Positions 13,101-25,600 of a stretch of 64,000 nucleotides of DNA are shown here, piece by piece; position 1 is the first letter of the stretch; each line of letters opens with the position of its first letter. Source of the DNA: Fimbriosthenelais zetlandica (taxonomy: Eukaryota); assembly GCA_977030845.1 (NCBI GenBank), contig OZ365111.1, forward strand, positions 15,934,001 to 15,998,000. The letters are read 5' to 3'. The translations under genes and the position numbers were made by a program. The notes below the pieces were generated by a model. That model had not been told where the DNA came from and did not search any database. It saw nothing but the letters and a program-made list of their open reading frames with translations.

Positions 13101-14383
13101 GAATGGAAAGAGGAAGCTGGCTTCTGTTTTGAAATGTCTAAGTGGGATTTTCCCGATTCCTGTTTCTTCTCCTTATCAGTCTGTCTTCGATGATGTGCAT
13201 CCGACTTCTCTGTTATTTCTTTACTTCTGCTTCCAAGAGCTGACGATTTGTTAGGCGCAGTGCGTCCCTGATTGCCTATGCTTGGAATCTTTTGAGTGGA
13301 ACTTTTACTTTTTTCATATTTAGATGCAGTTGATTTACCATCTATGAGTTTAGGCATGTGTGGGTCCAGGTTCACAGTTTTGGTTTTCCCCTTCTCAATG
13401 ATAGACTCTCTGGATCCTGTTCTTCTGTCACTGCTTGTCACAATCTTGACTGACTGATTCTTCGATGGCCACCTAACCAATTTTGGAAGACTATCTGAAT
13501 CGTCATTCAGTCTCTTTCTCGATGAAACCATTGCTGATGCCTTTGAGTCATCTCTGTCTTTACTGAATGATATCTGAGGTGTCCTGATGGTTGCTTTCGG
13601 TGCTGAAATTAAAACAATAATAAAATTGCTAGGTTCAAGCCGGATACACATTGACAAAAGAATGTTAGTTATTTTTACTGTTTCGAATGTGAATTCACTG
13701 TAGAGTTAAATTAACCTACCTTCATTTAATTTGTCTTTTTGGACATCTTTCACCCTTTTCTTTCCTGTTGAATGCTTCACTCCATAACTCACATAGTCAC
13801 TGTGTTTCGGAGGCTTTCGTTCATGAGGCTTTCTTGTTTGTATATTGTATGTTTGTATGTTTTTTCTAAGGTTATCACCTGATTGTTCCTTTGTTGAAGC
13901 CTCTGATTTTAGCTCAACAACATGATGTTCTTCTTTCATTCTATCCATAGTTTTACTAATCCTATCAAAATGGGTTTTCTGATAATTGGCTATCAGTTCG
14001 GGTATGCGTCTTTGAAAATTAGCCGGTAGTTTTTCCAAGAGAACTATTGGCATGGGTATGTCATTACCTCCTTGATGCATTGCTCTGGCAGTTCTTTGGT
14101 GCACTAAGGCCTGTCTCTTGATTTCAGCATGGTAAATCCTCTTTGATGTACAACCATTGGTGGACCCTTGGACAGGTTGACAGAAAACAGTTTCAGCAAT
14201 TTTCCCTAACTTGTGCCAGTGATTTTTAGTGAAAGTTACTTCGTTCAACCAGTTTTGTTTTGTTCTACTCACTAAGACATTTGAACACGTTTCCGCAGAA
14301 GGGGAATTAGTCCTTTCAGGCTCCTGGACAGACTTGAGACGTTCGGGAAAAGACCCTTCCTCAGTGTATTGGCTGTGCCTTTG
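1..14383 (-). CDS. Large multi-exon uncharacterised low-complexity (S/K/E/T-rich, then P/Q-rich) protein, probably nuclear; incomplete at both ends
   Basis: Phase-consistent GT-AG chain in transcription order: 13720-14383 (phase 0 to 1), 7954-13602 (1 to 1), candidate 8-nt exon 7591-7598 (1 to 0), 3441-3574 (0 to 2), 2944-3095 (2 to 1), 1687-2092 (1 to 2), 1308-1573 (2 to 1), <1-1126 (1, open to the window edge). I checked the last exon has no stop in 374 codons. Basic NLS-like clusters (PPKRKR, KRKK, RKKK). No recognisable folded domain. Confidence 0.8.
5540..6866 (+). mobile_element. 5'-truncated L2/CR1-group LINE (RT C-terminal half, 3' UTR, (TAA)n tail), antisense in an intron of the minus-strand gene
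   Basis: ORF 5590-6726 has RT motifs LDLSAAFDTLDH, GVPQGSVLGP, YADDTQ, LNGDKTE, SRLDYCN. The 3' UTR has an agcgctttt...agagcgct stem, followed by the TAA-repeat tail at 6849-6866. Confidence 0.93.
7954..13602 (-). CDS. Giant 5649-nt internal coding exon of the minus-strand gene (core of the 1903-aa ORF)
   Basis: ORF 7946-13657. Acceptor ttttaatttcag|CACCGAAA at 13602/13603 and donor AACG|gtaggt at 7954/7953. The phase matches the donor of the upstream exon (GAAG|gtaggt at 13720). Confidence 0.88.
13720..14383 (-). CDS. Internal coding exon of the minus-strand gene
   Basis: ORF 13706-14407, bounded by acceptor ttttcaacag| and donor GAAG|gtaggt; 664 nt. Confidence 0.8.
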
Positions 14384-14637
14384 CTGTTGAAAACAGAAAA
14401 GTTGCATTATAATTATATATGCCTATTTAATATACAGTGAGTGTGAGTAGTGAATGGCGAGTGTTGCACTTGTAGATGAAAATATGGTTTGATGTCAATG
14501 CTGCAATACGATATGTTAATATACATGTAGACATGGATTTTGCAATTTTGATTTACATGTTTGTCTGGAGTTGTCATGTAGTTTCATTGAATGTATATTA
14601 GTTAATTAATTATATTGTTAGCACTTGATTTGATTTG

Positions 14638-14787
14638 NNNNNNNNNNNNNNNNNNNNNNNNNNNNNNNNNNNNNNNNNNNNNNNNNNNNNNNNNNNNNNN
14701 NNNNNNNNNNNNNNNNNNNNNNNNNNNNNNNNNNNNNNNNNNNNNNNNNNNNNNNNNNNNNNNNNNNNNNNNNNNNNNNNNNNNNNN
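14638..14787. other. Assembly gap (150 N)
   Basis: Run of N. Confidence 0.99.
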
Positions 14788-15756
14788 AATGACTGATTTC
14801 CTGAATCAAAGGATGAGTGCATTACTAATTGACTAACTGACATTGACGGAAAAATCATAAAACACAGTCTAGTTGATCACAAATGACAGATCATAGTATG
14901 AATAGTTAACATCCCAGAATAAATAAATTTTTCCATATCTATAGAACTCCTCCCTGATTCATAAAATTATACTAGTGTAGTGTAGCGTAAAGATGTTCCT
15001 CTTAGTTATCAGTGGGGTTTCTTGATGCTTTAGTATTGTATACCTTCAATCTAGTAGTCTACTGTGTAAACGGCCTGTGAATACAATGTGTTATGGAGTT
15101 CTCTAATATAGTGACCTCAATTCGTAGCGTCCGAGATGCGAGATAAAGCAGAACACTAGCTTGACAAATTATATGCAATTCCAGGCAAACTACACTCATT
15201 GGTGTGATAGGCATGTATATCCTCCTTATTTCCACTGGAATGTCCAAGTACAAATAAATTGTTGGAATAGATGGCAAGTAAATAGTGCGAACCTGAAAAA
15301 TGTCTGCTGAGATGTGTTTTTTATGACCTAGACATGCTCCACTTTTATACTGTACCTAGAAGTAGACTACGTATACATGCATGTATATTCTCAGGTATAC
15401 ACACCCTTATCATTTATCTGCCTAGTGACACTGTAAACTTGCTTTTTATGAAAAATATGAGGACATAATGTGTTGAAAGCCTTCTGATGTACTGTTATAG
15501 TAGTATATGCAACCAGTATTGTAAGCTATATAAGCTATTTTAATTTCTTTTAATTAAATCTATTTACTAATTATTTGGAAACATGAAGTGTTATAATGTT
15601 TTTTAGAATGAATATCGGTATAATTTTTAACAAAGCAGTTCCCAGTAACGTATTATGCTAATTATACTCCAAAATATGAGTTGGATGACGTATTTATTGC
15701 CACTCGGGTCCTTCAAAAAAAAAACTTGTAAAAAATATGGCCCTAAAGGTGAGACT

Positions 15757-15940
15757 CCACTGCTACGATTTTGCTTGTGACACAATTGCGACAAAGGTGA
15801 TGCTTGTGTCGCAATGAAAGATGTACCAGTGCAGAACGGCCTTAAGACCTTGGACAATTCAACCACATTTTATCAATTTCATTGTGACACCTGCATCACA
15901 TTTGACGCAGTATTGTCGCAAGCAAAATCGCAGCAGTGGA
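15757..15940. mobile_element. Palindromic MITE-like element (~63-bp imperfect inverted arms)
   Basis: 15757-15819 (ccactgctacgattttgcttgtgacac...gcaatgaaa) matches the reverse complement of 15877-15940. Confidence 0.65.
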
Positions 15941-18469
15941 TCGAGTCCAGGCTTAACAAACAATTTGTCAAAAACAGACCTTATGGAAACATTTGTCCTC
16001 CCATTCCGAAACTGCTTCTGCTCTCTGCCCCAAGTCTTTCGTTATCATGTATTGGATATCTCGCCGCTCCATTTAGATTTTTATTGTTTTTGTCCAAACA
16101 GAAGGAGAAACTTATCTGGAAAATCAACAGCTGCCACTGGCTGGCATAGCCTAATATATTGATTGTGGTAGGCTTATATTATTTATGTATGCACCATTCA
16201 AAATGTCACTATAAAATGACATTAATTCCATGCCAGGCTGTATGTTTGTATTTGTTCCAACACTGCTTCGTGTATATATGTACCCGAAGGGCATTGCTTA
16301 ACAATATTAAGCATGGCTTTGATTTTACTGTGTTCAGACCTCTTTGTATTGTCCAGTTTCGCACCTCTGTGGGAAAGTGTATACAGTTTGGATATTTAAA
16401 TCTCATTTAGATCTATTCAGCGAGGATTCCCATAATGGTTTCCATTCCAGTGAGAATTGTAGGCTCATTCCTCAATTGTTTGAAGATTCCCGTTGGTGCA
16501 TTTTGTGAATATTCTAATTTCTATCCAACATAGAGGCAATAACTTTTGGTTTTCTAGAGTAGGCTATCACCATCACACTAGCTCTTATTTATCTTACCAT
16601 GTGCGCGTTAGACATCCGTGTCAGACTTGCAACTGTTTATCATCACTGGCTCAGTATAATGTAGGCATATCCCTCCAAATATCATAACATTATACACACG
16701 CTTGTTGGGTGAAATCCAAATGCCTTCCACTTTCCAATTCTGATCATTGCAAATCCAGTTCATTCAGTAAATAAACTGTGTAATTGCTTTGCCTTTGAAA
16801 ATCAATATTGATGACAGCTTTTAAATGCAATCCATCTGGGTATAACATTTTAATTTGTAAAGTGGGCCTCAGACCATCACCTACTGTTTTAAAGGACTTA
16901 AATTTGTGAACATTGGAGATGGCTCCTCAGGGATCCTAGCGCCAAGCACTTCCCATAGCGCTTTTTAAAGTCCCCATATATTGCAGAAATAGATCAGGGG
17001 GTGTGGCCTAGTGCAAACAAGCGACCGGATGCGGACATTGGGTGTTGTGAATTGTAGGTTTCTCAATAGGGACTAGTGCTAAAATTGTTCACAAACTTTG
17101 TTCACAACCCTGTTGTGACAGCATGGTTGGGGACCCACAGAGAGAGGTCTGGCCATAATGCCCCAGTATCTGCTACTGCTAGGGCATGTAACGAAGATAT
17201 CCGGGTTCCCTGGCCTTGTTTGGCAACAGGAAGGTTACTTGATTCTGGGTATTTGCTTGGCTGCCAAAATCAAAGCTGTAGCTGGACGAGTATAGCAGCC
17301 TGTCTCACAGATTAAACCAGCAAGTAGGCTATATCAGTGGGTTCACACGACATTTTTTGTCTGGGCAGGCCAAGGAGATACCCTTGGCTCTCTGTAGCAA
17401 ATTAGAAATACGAAGGGCAAAGGTGATATGGTCGACAAGTTTTCTTTCTTTTCCTTTCCTTCTTTTCTTTTTTTTTGATTTCTAAGGGGGATTGCATCCC
17501 CCAAACCCACCTTCGAGGTCGACCCACCCTTGGATCCGGCCCTGACTGACTCACGAGAATCTATCTCCCGGATGTACAACATCCACTTCGCATTGACGGA
17601 TGCGAGATGTAGGCTAACCACATCCCCCTTCATTCAGTGGCTTTTTCTGAAGAAAGAATTCAATGATAATGTTCACAAACTTACCAACTAGTGCGTACTG
17701 TGGGACATCCCAATTAGGAAATGTATACATGTATAAGTCAGTAATTTTGCCACATCGTACGTTCTCTTTTCATGAGAAGGATGTATTATTAGTATAATCT
17801 AAAATGACCATGTACCTTAAATTATATGTAGACCGAATTTTGTCTATACAACTATATGTCCCTACATAATTAGTTATTCTAATGTTAACACGCTAAGGTA
17901 GTTTACCACGACATCCAGGTATCAAGGTAATAACATCCTTAGTTGCCATGCTCCAATTACTGCTCTGAATGTAGCCTGGCCTATTTTAATGGGAACTTGC
18001 CAAAAATGAAGTGTCTGGGAATGACGTCACTGTTAAATACCTCAAAAACGTAGTATGGGCGGCGTATAGGCGGACCCATTTCCTAACGGGAATATAAAGA
18101 CCCTTTTCCTAACCGGATTATAGGGACCCATTTCCTAACCAGTCTATGTAATGATAATAGAGATCGTGGTGGAATGGCCTCTGGCCAGTATATAGTCCTG
18201 CTTGTTTCCCCTTTTTTGCCCCCCAGTAGAATTTCTTTTTTATATGAAAAATAACATAAATAGGAAAATTGATGATAAGGCCCAGAATATTAAACGTATC
18301 TTGTTTCGTAGCAAATATCAATTCGCCTTGTAGGTATAGTAGTCCACTGGTAAAACTAAAAGTGTTTGAAGTGATAATATACTTCAATTCCCTTTTCTCT
18401 GAGATTGGAGAGAGCTTAGCCAATTAAGGACCATAATGCTAATTGGAAATTTTATGGTAAAGCTAGTGA

Positions 18470-18990
18470 CTAATTGCTCCCTCCTATGTCGGTGGAGGCA
18501 GTTGAAGTGCTCGAGCTTATTGATGACATGGAAAAAGGCAAGTCATCAGCCATTGAGGGTTTATCCTCTAGACTATTGAAAACATTGTTCAGCTGCATGG
18601 GGATAGGAGGAATGTCTATAGACCTGGGTACTGATGAAGATACTGGATGAAGCACAAGGTGGGTTCTGGATGAACTCTTTACAGGGCTTAACAATAAACA
18701 ACTGAAGGTTGCGACCTTTATTGATATGCACAAGGCCTTTGACACTGTTGACCAGAGCCTCAACCACTACTATAAGAAACTTATTTAGGATGAGAGGCAC
18801 CTAACATGGAATAGATACGGTCTCTTGTTAGCACAAAATTATTTATTCTATGCAGGTGAGATATGGGGTACCACAGGGCAGTATACTTGGGCCCCGGTTA
18901 TTTTTGGCAAGTGATAATGACTTGACTAAATCTCTGACGTGGTCAGGGGTCTTTTTACATGCAGATGATACAGTGGTTGCCATCCAAGAG
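18470..18990 (+). mobile_element. Degraded, internally deleted CR1-group LINE reverse transcriptase fragment
   Basis: Frame pieces read DMEKGKSSAIEGLSSRLLK, ATFIDMHKAFDTVD and GVPQGSILGPRLFL...HADDTVV, with stops and frameshifts. Confidence 0.85.
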
Positions 18991-21900
18991 AATGATCATC
19001 AGCTAGATGGAAGGGGAAATAAACCAGCACTGTCCAGAGCCAAGAAGGGAGGCTCATTGGGAGGCTCATGGAGAGGCATATTGAAATATTGAGAGAGTAG
19101 TAGTGGATGCATTGAAAACATTCAGGTGGCAGTGTGAGCACATTCAGTGCAAACTGAGACCGACATAGAGTCATGTTATGAGCGTTATAAGCAAGTCAGG
19201 ATTTCTGATTTTTCTGGAATGCAGATCAGTTGCCTGGTTGCATCTCCAGTCGGAAATCACCATGCGACAGGGTGTAACTGCAACCTCTAACAGATGCTCA
19301 TGAGCTCATGGATGCCCTGACAGATTCCATAAGACAAATCTACGAACAGGAAATACATACTCTTTTCATGCTGATTGTAGTTGCCCTTCTGACGGTTTTC
19401 CGTGAGTAATTAGCGGTCCATTCTTTTTATAAGCTTCATGTCTTTCTCTGCAAGTATTAGTGGTTTATAACTTGTTCTCCATGGCAAACTGCAGACATAT
19501 TCTTCAAGATCTGATATGTAGAATAACAACACTTACATAGAGTTATTAAAGCTAGTCACCAGCTGATACGATTATATATTCAGGTCCTTATCATTTGTTT
19601 CTTTATGTTTTATCAGGTGGTCAAGGGGATGAATGTACACCCACATTTTAACTGATAAGATAAGCGACCTAGCTTAGGCCTTTGTAACGTCTTATAGCCT
19701 CCCAATGCCCGCCCATGACAGGTTCTAGGCCTATTGACCCACTTACTTCAATGTGCGTCATTTCATAATAGCATTTTCTAATAAAATTGTCATAATTATG
19801 TCTTCTTTATAAGGCTTGCGTGATCGCAACCTATAACAACACTTACGACAACTTGGTCACCACTGTGTCAACTTAGTAAGCCTTGCTCATACAGCGAATA
19901 TGCATATATGCCTCCTTGATAATTGATATGTTGATTTTCATGCAGCAACATTTTTTCAAAAAAGATATGATAACATGATATTGATGTTTTCAGATATGAC
20001 AATTGCCCAAATACCGGACTTTGGGGATAATAATATCATGAAACATTCTTCTCTCATGGTCTGGGGTCCCTCATGGTGTTATCTTCTTTCCCCCTTGGTT
20101 CTTAGAATTGTGATCCACAATTGGTTCAGTAAAAAGGGGAGGCTGAACTATTTTAATAGTTTATTATATATGAACAACATAAGAAAAAGGCAAGGTCCCC
20201 ACTTCAATGCGACTGTATCTCCCTATTTTCCCTATCTCCCTATTGGCAATGTGAAATGAACTTGTTCTTCTTATGGCTAAAATACTTGAAATTTCAAAGC
20301 CATGGAAGCAGCATTTTTTTAATTGTCTGGCCAAGGTAATTATAGTAGGAATCCTATGGATAATGAAACGATTTGTTTAAAGGAAGTTTAATTACAATGT
20401 AATATTATACTGTCTGGAAGAAAATAACCAAACGATTACTAACATTTTGCTTATGCAACACACTAAGATCTGCCACAACACATACATTGTATGCAAGACT
20501 TGCGTTAGGTATTCTCTTCGAATAACTAAGCATAACAGTTACAATATATAGACTGTACATATATGGTGGACTATGTCCAAAATTGTCAGACTTCTGTTGG
20601 GCCATTTTCAAGACACACTGTTGCGTATCGTTCCATAACGCTTTCTGAACCCCACCCCCTACCTCCCGCCACCTATCTAAAGTCCTGTTTTCTCTTTCTA
20701 ATTTTCCGTATAATTATTTCCCTTTGTGGAAAGTCTCGGGAAGTCTCATGATCGCGGCATCACCTACCTTTCAACGTAAAAGTTGGTTGGGTATGCCCCA
20801 AGGCTCTGCTGAAGAGAATCAGAATATTATAGATTCCCCTTAGTGTCTGACTGGGAAAGGACATAAATGTTCAGTTCAAACCGAAATGATAAAAATTCAA
20901 AACTGGTCTAACCATCCCCTTGAAATATAACAATACCCTCTATAGTATTTAGAAGTGGTTATGATCGATGATGTTAATCACTCTTGCCGGTGGCCATTTC
21001 ATATTAAAATTATATAGATGACCTCTTTGTATAGAATTCGTTCAGCCACTCTGTCCTGAACCATTTGCTGAACTTTCTGGGATTAAAAAATATAACAGGT
21101 ATAACTAGTCTAGAGGTGTGTTATGATGTAGGCCTCATGTATGTTTTTCCTTAGTTAGTACTTAACATTCGAGCATCATCAATGTTGTGCTTTACAAAAT
21201 GCAGATGGCGCCAAAATAAGCATTGCATCAATGTAATTAGTTCATGTCACATAATTACTATCGCATGTTTCATCAATTATCTAAAACGTCTTCTGTACTT
21301 AGGTAATTATAACTAATTACCTGTATAAATATCTTTTAGGTAAATGTTTTTGAAATTATATTATTTAAATTATTATATTTTCACCATCCTAGGACTGGCA
21401 AATGTAAATTTGTCCAAAATTACCCCACCGTGAGTTTTTCCTTAAGTTTTTAGGGAACTCTTCAATTAATGCATAAAAACTGTCAGAAGGATGGTGGCAA
21501 ATTTCGTGGCAAATTCAGTATTTCTTTCTTCTTTAAAATATGTATATATCTTGAAAGATTCATGGTTTTTTTTTACCTTGTTAACTTTTGTAAACAGTTT
21601 TTTAAAGTGGATTTCTGGAAATTGATGTCAATTTCGGTCATCGTTGAACGACCTTGCTTTATGAGATAGAGTGGTTTTAAAAAACTCCCACCGCCAGATA
21701 ATTATCAGTCCTGACTGCAGCGGGAAGGTGGCAGCAATGATATATCGTTTAGATGAATGCCCCAGCGGAAACAGGGCATGGATGATATCTGTGTTTTGTT
21801 CTCTGGATACAGACCATGTTATTTTATGTGCATAGGTTGGGAGTAACATGCATAATAAATCATTTGCGTTACTTTTTGCTACGTATATACCATCGCGCTA

Positions 21901-22099
21901 AAAAGAGAAAAAGACCAACTTGAATATCACTGATATATGGCCATGCTTTATCACTAAGATATAATCACTAAAGTTATTATTGAGTATTCGACCATATAGA
22001 CTGAATTAATTCGAGTCTTATAACGATACAATTGTATGGCGATTTATAGTCTCTTTAATAAAAGCGATTAATTTTCGAAGTAGAAGAACTTTCTCTTAC

Positions 22100-22191
22100 C
22101 TCCTGTTTTTAACGGAATTAATTTGAGGATGCGCTCTGCAACCTGCTCTTCCAAGTCCTCATGATCTGGACCCGATTGAATTGTGCTGTGC
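22100..22191 (-). CDS. Candidate upstream coding exon, in phase with 22458-22641
   Basis: cgcag|...GAG|gtaaga; reads (M)HSTIQSGPDHEDLEEQVAERILKLIPLKTG; phase 2 to 1. The acceptor has a weak pyrimidine tract. Confidence 0.5.
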
Positions 22192-22457
22192 CTGCGAGCG
22201 CTCTATATATACCACCCTCTCCCACCGAGCCCAGCCCGTTCCCTTATCTGTGTTACCTAATGGCCAAGGCATATTTTATTTTTGTTACACAAAACAGTCA
22301 TGTCTTTTACATGACGTGATGGAGACCAATAAATATTTACCGCAGTTATGACGTGCCAAAATACCATTCACAAAAAACAAAATTGACAAAGTATTAATGG
22401 GGTAAGTCTGTGGTTAGATCCACTGGGATTTTTTAGAGTAGGCTACTGCGACCTTAC

Positions 22458-22641
22458 ATTGCGATTTCGTATACTTGTGGCATGTAGGAGGAGTAGGTCC
22501 CTGCCTTCTTGGGGTAGTGGTAATAAACACTCGCAACAGCTGCAGGTTTCGCAAGTGCCCAGCAGACAATGTCATGGGCGGCTTGCAAATGGTTGTAGTG
22601 AATGGAGACAGGAAGCTCAAGTGCCATGCAACGAGAGGGAC
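22458..22641 (-). CDS. Candidate upstream coding exon of the minus-strand gene (or of a separate gene)
   Basis: atctatcag|...|gtaagg boundaries; open frame PSRCMALELPVSIHYNHLQAAHDIVCWALAK...PQVYEIA; phase 1 to 2. Confidence 0.5.
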
Positions 22642-25600
22642 CTGATAGATCACAAATTGCATTCGTCGCAAGGGAAAAAAGACTAACACCTAGTTGTCAG
22701 TTTTAATGCATGTTAATTTATATGTTAATGTATCATATAACATTTGAATCGCCGTTATATTCACATACACCTCAATTTTGACTGGCGACTGGCAATAATA
22801 AAGAAAATGCCTTTCAAATTTCTGGGCAACTTGTAACTGTCGCACCAACTTCTTGGGTGCAACTGATACTGGCAACCGAGGTCGCGTTTAGTGTATGACT
22901 CATATTAGCGACTGCATGTCGATTTAACCTCTACTGACGATTTCAACCGCTCTAGTCGTCATGTTGATTGCGGCCTTTGGTTAAAAGTATGGATCATTGT
23001 GATTAAAATACTGTGAATCTGATAATTTTCTTTTGTGGCCTAACAGTTGTACAGTTGCAGAAATGTATCAAGGCTTGGGAGATTTTTGGCTGACATCCAT
23101 TCAAAAGCCATGGAGCGTGGAGAGACAGAGTTTAACAGACTGTGACGTTCACAGTGAGTATACCCTTGCAACACACGTAGAAGATCATGTAGAAGATCTA
23201 TGAGAAAACATTTTTAGAATAGTTGTAGATGTTTCTCGATCCCCTCAATTGAATTCAATATTTTACAAACATACATGTACACACATGTAGATATGTTAAC
23301 GAGAAATATCTAGCCATGCATGTCAGACCCTAACATTGTGTATTCCGTACTTCAAAAATACTAGTAGGGATGGTCCCAAAGCCCGAAAGATTTCCTTAAC
23401 TATTGAGGCTTAAAAAACTCTGATCAATAAAAATTAATGTATCAATCAATATAGTTATAAACTTATAAACTGCTAAATTATTACACTACTTGACACTTAA
23501 AAGGCTGGAAGTACTGCGAGAACGTCGATAGTTATAGTCAGTTGCGAAATGAGACATGTTTCACTCAATCGCACTAGCTGTCGCCAATATATTTTAGTCG
23601 GGAAAAACAAAGTGTCGCCAATTGTACATTAAATTAATACAGCGTAAATTCAGGTTATTTCTACTTATGGGCGGCTTCAGGTAGACAATGTGTGGCTTCC
23701 TGTCGCCAATAGGCCTATATACCAATACCTTCGGATATTAATATAACCGTTTTTTTCAATGTGTTGGAAACTATGCATCCTACTACAAATATTGCCAAGT
23801 TCAAATAATCGAATATGGTGTTGAACTGGCCAAAGTATAATTATGGAGGCTGAACAAAATAAAAATGATGTTAATTTTTACACCAGTTTCTTTCCTCGAC
23901 AATTTATGCTTTTAAAAATCGTATTATGACTATAATTCTGCTTTAGGTGAAAATAAAACCTAAGTCCATCCCCTTTTGGGCACGACTTTATTATTTGGAA
24001 TCAGAGAATATGCAATTCCATGCAGGCATGAAAATCGATGAAAGAAAGAAAGGAAAGCCTTTGCCAATATCATTGCCAATATAATATGGTATCATTGCCA
24101 ATATGGTATATGGACGAACAGCAGGGTGATGGAACCTCACACTTGTCTTGAATATATTCCTATTTGACCTAGCTAATTATCCAGTGATTTTGACTCCGAG
24201 CATGATAAATTAATGCCCGAATTTTAAAATAATTACCTATTAATTACAGCCCCTCAAAAATGTCTTATGACACATTCGTAATATTAATTGGGGTTACCTG
24301 TTTTACATGGCCGATAATAATATATCATTTAATTGGTGCTTGCCATATTATCGCCCATCAAGCCAGTATAATCCTCTGTAACTCCTACTATGCCTTAGTA
24401 ATTTAGTAGGCCTACGTCATAACACATGTCATTGTATGTTTGTCTAATAACATTTTGTTTAACTTGAAGCGAACAAAATTAATACAATCCCTCTATTCAC
24501 AGTATTCTCATGTAGTGCCCAATGTATGTACAATTTCATATTTCACATTTATGCACAATTCCAAATAAGTGTTCAATTATTGCTGCTAAGAAATCTTTTA
24601 AGATTTTAAGATGTTAAAACATTGTTGCAGTATTGAACTCATTTTTGTATGTGACCACGGCGAATTTTTACATAATTGTATGCCTAATTTGATAATTATA
24701 TAGTTTTTTTGCATAACTTTCAAATCATTTTTACCATAGGGCCTACCAGTTACAAAAGGTATATTGTCCTCTTGCATTTTAGCTTCAAATTCTGTCTTGA
24801 AAGTCTTTACCCGATAAAACAAAAGCACTATCGTCCGCGTAAATAGACACTGTAGAATGTAGTACTGTACTTCGTTAATGAAATCGTTAAAAAATACATT
24901 GTAGGCTAATAAAAAGAACCTTGCTGTATATATGTGACTAGCCGAATTGGAAGCCTTTTCCAGATCAAACAGCACAGTTATAGTGTATAAACCCTGATCA
25001 TGCGTATAGTACTTTGGCCTAAGTTATTTTAACTCAACAAGTTCAACCATTAATATAAAGGGTTAACTGAGGGTTAACTATAGGTATAGTTGCCAAACCC
25101 ACCTAATATGAGGGTTAACTATAGGCTGGGAAGATGCCATAAATTAGGTAGGCGTACATCCCATAGTTTTAAACACGTTTCACAGTACACTGTCACAACC
25201 TTGGCATCAGCTGTTCCTACTATTATACAACAGACATTGTGTACATAATTTTATATGAATATCATTGTTTATATGGATCCAGCAAATATTTAAAATTGTG
25301 TTGGTTGGGAGATGTTGCATTCAAGTGAACGGGTGCCAACTGTCGAGTACAATCACTATATCTGGTCGTTCATTTCTAAAGAAGCATCAGTTGGTTCTGG
25401 TCTAAATAGCATGAATGTACGTTGTGTGTAATATAACCAAAATGACAAACATAGGCCTAGCTACATTGTATCTCTTATTGAAGTTTCTAATTTATTGGCG
25501 TCGAAATCCCTATTGCGCACCATTTTGCTTGTGTTGGCTAAAAACTCTGCACATTTTTTTTAGTTAGAATTTTGATAGAGCCTGTTATGGGTGGATACCA

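Noticed and set aside
8027-13254. Many plus-strand ORFs (8027-8392, 8478-8978, 9549-9833, 12486-12812 and others)
   Set aside because: Antisense shadows of the giant minus-strand exon; S/L/F-rich, no splice support.
14610-14858. ORFs spanning the N run
   Set aside because: Artefacts of translating the assembly gap.
15040-15292. Possible exon after a good minus-strand acceptor at 15292
   Set aside because: All three frames stop before the best donor (~15042); no phase-consistent link to exon 13720-14383.
16200-17400. Possible degraded retroelement or DIRS-like region
   Set aside because: Higher-complexity sequence, but I could not recover any diagnostic RT, endonuclease or recombinase motif.
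19000-19500. Coding-like minus-strand stretch next to the CR1 fragment
   Set aside because: Stops in every frame and no recognisable motif.
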